Shown: positions 27,237-28,515 of the stretch, piece by piece
Position numbering within the stretch: the first letter of the stretch is position 1
How the letters are laid out: every line of letters begins with the position of its first letter
Source of the DNA: Eubacteriales bacterium
GTDB lineage: Bacteria > Bacillota > Clostridia > Acetivibrionales > STF1-152
Reading direction: 5' to 3'
Length of the DNA stretch: 28,515 nt
NCBI GenBank assembly: GCA_028703215.1
Contig: JAQVNH010000001.1
Coordinates: forward strand, 1 to 28,515
The notes under the pieces: generated by a model
What the model saw: the letters and a program-made list of their open reading frames with translations, nothing else
What the model was told of the DNA's origin: nothing
Databases searched by the model: none
Made by a program: the position numbers and the translations under genes

Positions 27237-27460
27237 TAGGATTTCTCCGTGGTGCCACCTTATTTCAATGTGCCTCCAGGCACATCCTCATCGGGTACTT
27301 GCGAACCCGGACTATAACGTTGTCGCCGCTGCCACCTACCGCTTTGCACCTTCAATGGCAATGCTCAGGAACGAGGTATCTTAACAGTTTGCATACCGGC
27401 TTCCACCTTCCGCCGGCTCTCTTGTATGGCAAAATGCTTCTTTTTTTCCTTCATCGCGTT
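27197..27460 (-). ncRNA. T-box riboswitch leader, predicted Leu (CUC) specifier
   Basis: Minus strand: GA-motif GCGAUGA, AG box AGAGAGCCGG, GGUG box, stem I closing AGGAA/UUCCU with CUC-G immediately 5' of UUCCU (specifier 27375-27373), T-box AAGGUGGCACCACG (27261-27248), followed by a terminator. Confidence 0.92.
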
Positions 27461-27484
27461 TATTTCTTTTGATAATTGTATCAT

Positions 27485-27513
27485 AGTTTATCATGGGAAT
27501 GTGAGATTGTCAA
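27485..27513 (-). promoter_or_regulatory. Sigma-A promoter of the T-box/ilv-leu operon
   Basis: Minus strand TTGACA (27513-27508), 17-bp spacer, extended TGA-TAAACT (27493-27485). Confidence 0.85.
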
Positions 27514-27554
27514 TACAGCTCTATCCGCCCGTTATTTGCGCAAATATTTGCCGG

Positions 27555-28364
27555 TTAAGAAAAATGTTTGCGGAAAAATTCTATGGTTTTTTTTGCGGCT
27601 GTCAGACTGTCAGGCTGAGGATAACATTCCACTGAAACTGTTCCGTCATATCCGATTTTCTTAATACTGCTGCAAAAGACGTCAAAATCGAATGCCCCTG
27701 AGCCGGGATAGCATCGGGTGTTATCTCCGAAGTGTATATACCCTAAGTATTCGCGGGCATCTGAAAGACAATTCCCAATACTTTTCTCTTCGATATTTAT
27801 ATGAAACGAATCCATAAGAGCCATCGTGTTTTTAAGTTTATTTTCAGAAATCATCCGGTATAAATCACTCGCAGTATTAAGCACGTTATTCTCATAACGG
27901 TTTGTAGCCTCGATGAGTAAAATTACGTTTTTTTCCGCGGCATATACGGAAACAGTCTTCAGACTTTCGGCCAATGTGCATAAATATTTGTCCTTGTTTT
28001 CGCCTTTTGGCACATTCCCCTTTATGCTTCCGATTGTGACTCTGCTCTTCAATCGCGCGGCAATATCGATATAGTTCCTTATCATAGAGAGAAGCTGTAT
28101 TCTTTTCTCCGTATCCTGGTCCATAAGATAAAATCCGTATCTGCCGTAAAGGATCCCCGTGCCGATAGTCTCTATGCTCATACCTATTCTTTTGCAGGTT
28201 TCAGTCAATTTGTCGATTTCAAGTTCTTGCGGATTTGGAGTATGTATCTCCACAGCCTCAAATCCCAGAGCTTTTGCTGTTTCTATGCTCTTGAAATAGT
28301 CTCCTCCCAACAAAAGGGGAGTTGTGGGTGAAGTGGCTTCTCCTATTGCAATGCAATATTTCAT
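27555..28364 (-). CDS. Sugar(-phosphate) isomerase/epimerase, TIM barrel; IolO/TM0416 (5-keto-L-gluconate epimerase)-like
   Basis: GFEAVEI, IGTG, IEATNRYE, DSFHINIEE, HFGDNTRCYPGSGAFDF and VSVEC metal-ligand motifs; GGGAG RBS. Confidence 0.75.
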   Translation of the reverse strand: MKYCIAIGEATSPTTPLLLGGDYFKSIETAKALGFEAVEIHTPNPQELEIDKLTETCKRIGMSIETIGTGILYGRYGFYLMDQDTEKRIQLLSMIRNYIDIAARLKSRVTIGSIKGNVPKGENKDKYLCTLAESLKTVSVYAAEKNVILLIEATNRYENNVLNTASDLYRMISENKLKNTMALMDSFHINIEEKSIGNCLSDAREYLGYIHFGDNTRCYPGSGAFDFDVFCSSIKKIGYDGTVSVECYPQPDSLTAAKKTIEFFRKHFS

Positions 28365-28515
28365 ATATTCTCCCTTTGAAATATGATAGTAGCTCCCCCG
28401 GTGTTCCCGCTTATTTTATCAGAACCATCTTTTATCGTCATTTGACACATAGCTTTCCAGAGGACTCCATCCTGTCCATAAAAACTGAGACAAGGTTTTC
28501 TGGGTCAAACCGAAA

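Noticed and set aside
27563-27581. CodY-like AT-rich site upstream of the ilv promoter
   Set aside because: At least five mismatches to AATTTTCWGAAAATT and located inside the epimerase coding sequence.
28419-28515. Possible 3' end of a minus-strand gene entering from the right edge
   Set aside because: Two open frames (stops at 28438-28440 and 28419-28421) are equally possible and too short to assign.

Overview
Housekeeping/metabolic window from a Firmicutes (Clostridia-like) chromosome, judged by GGAGG Shine-Dalgarno sites, sigma-A promoters, a T-box and a lipoprotein PstS. No mobile element, CRISPR array, rRNA or tRNA is visible. Left to right: (1) + strand nucleoside ABC importer (ATPase cut by the window edge, two permeases) followed by tdk-deoC-cdd and a bidirectional terminator. 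(2) A divergent sugar-acid cluster: long-type fructuronate/mannonate oxidoreductase (uxuB, +) opposite an operon of atypical PfkB kinase, gnd and a LarA-superfamily (nickel-pincer) epimerase (-). I infer this is a dehydratase-independent mannonate to gluconate to 6-phosphogluconate shunt, the best candidate for a new or variant system here. (3) A - strand SPFH/zinc-ribbon membrane module (YdjI/YdjG-like) with an orphan 118-aa gene. (4) A complete pstSCAB-phoU-phoP-phoR operon with a Pho-box promoter and an apparently circularly permuted PstS. (5) A Leu(CUC) T-box-controlled ilvN-ilvC-leuA-cimA operon lacking ilvB, trailed by a small conserved protein, an SGNH hydrolase and queG. (6) An IolO/TM0416-like TIM-barrel epimerase at the right end. 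Family assignments come from motifs I recognise by eye; no database search was run.
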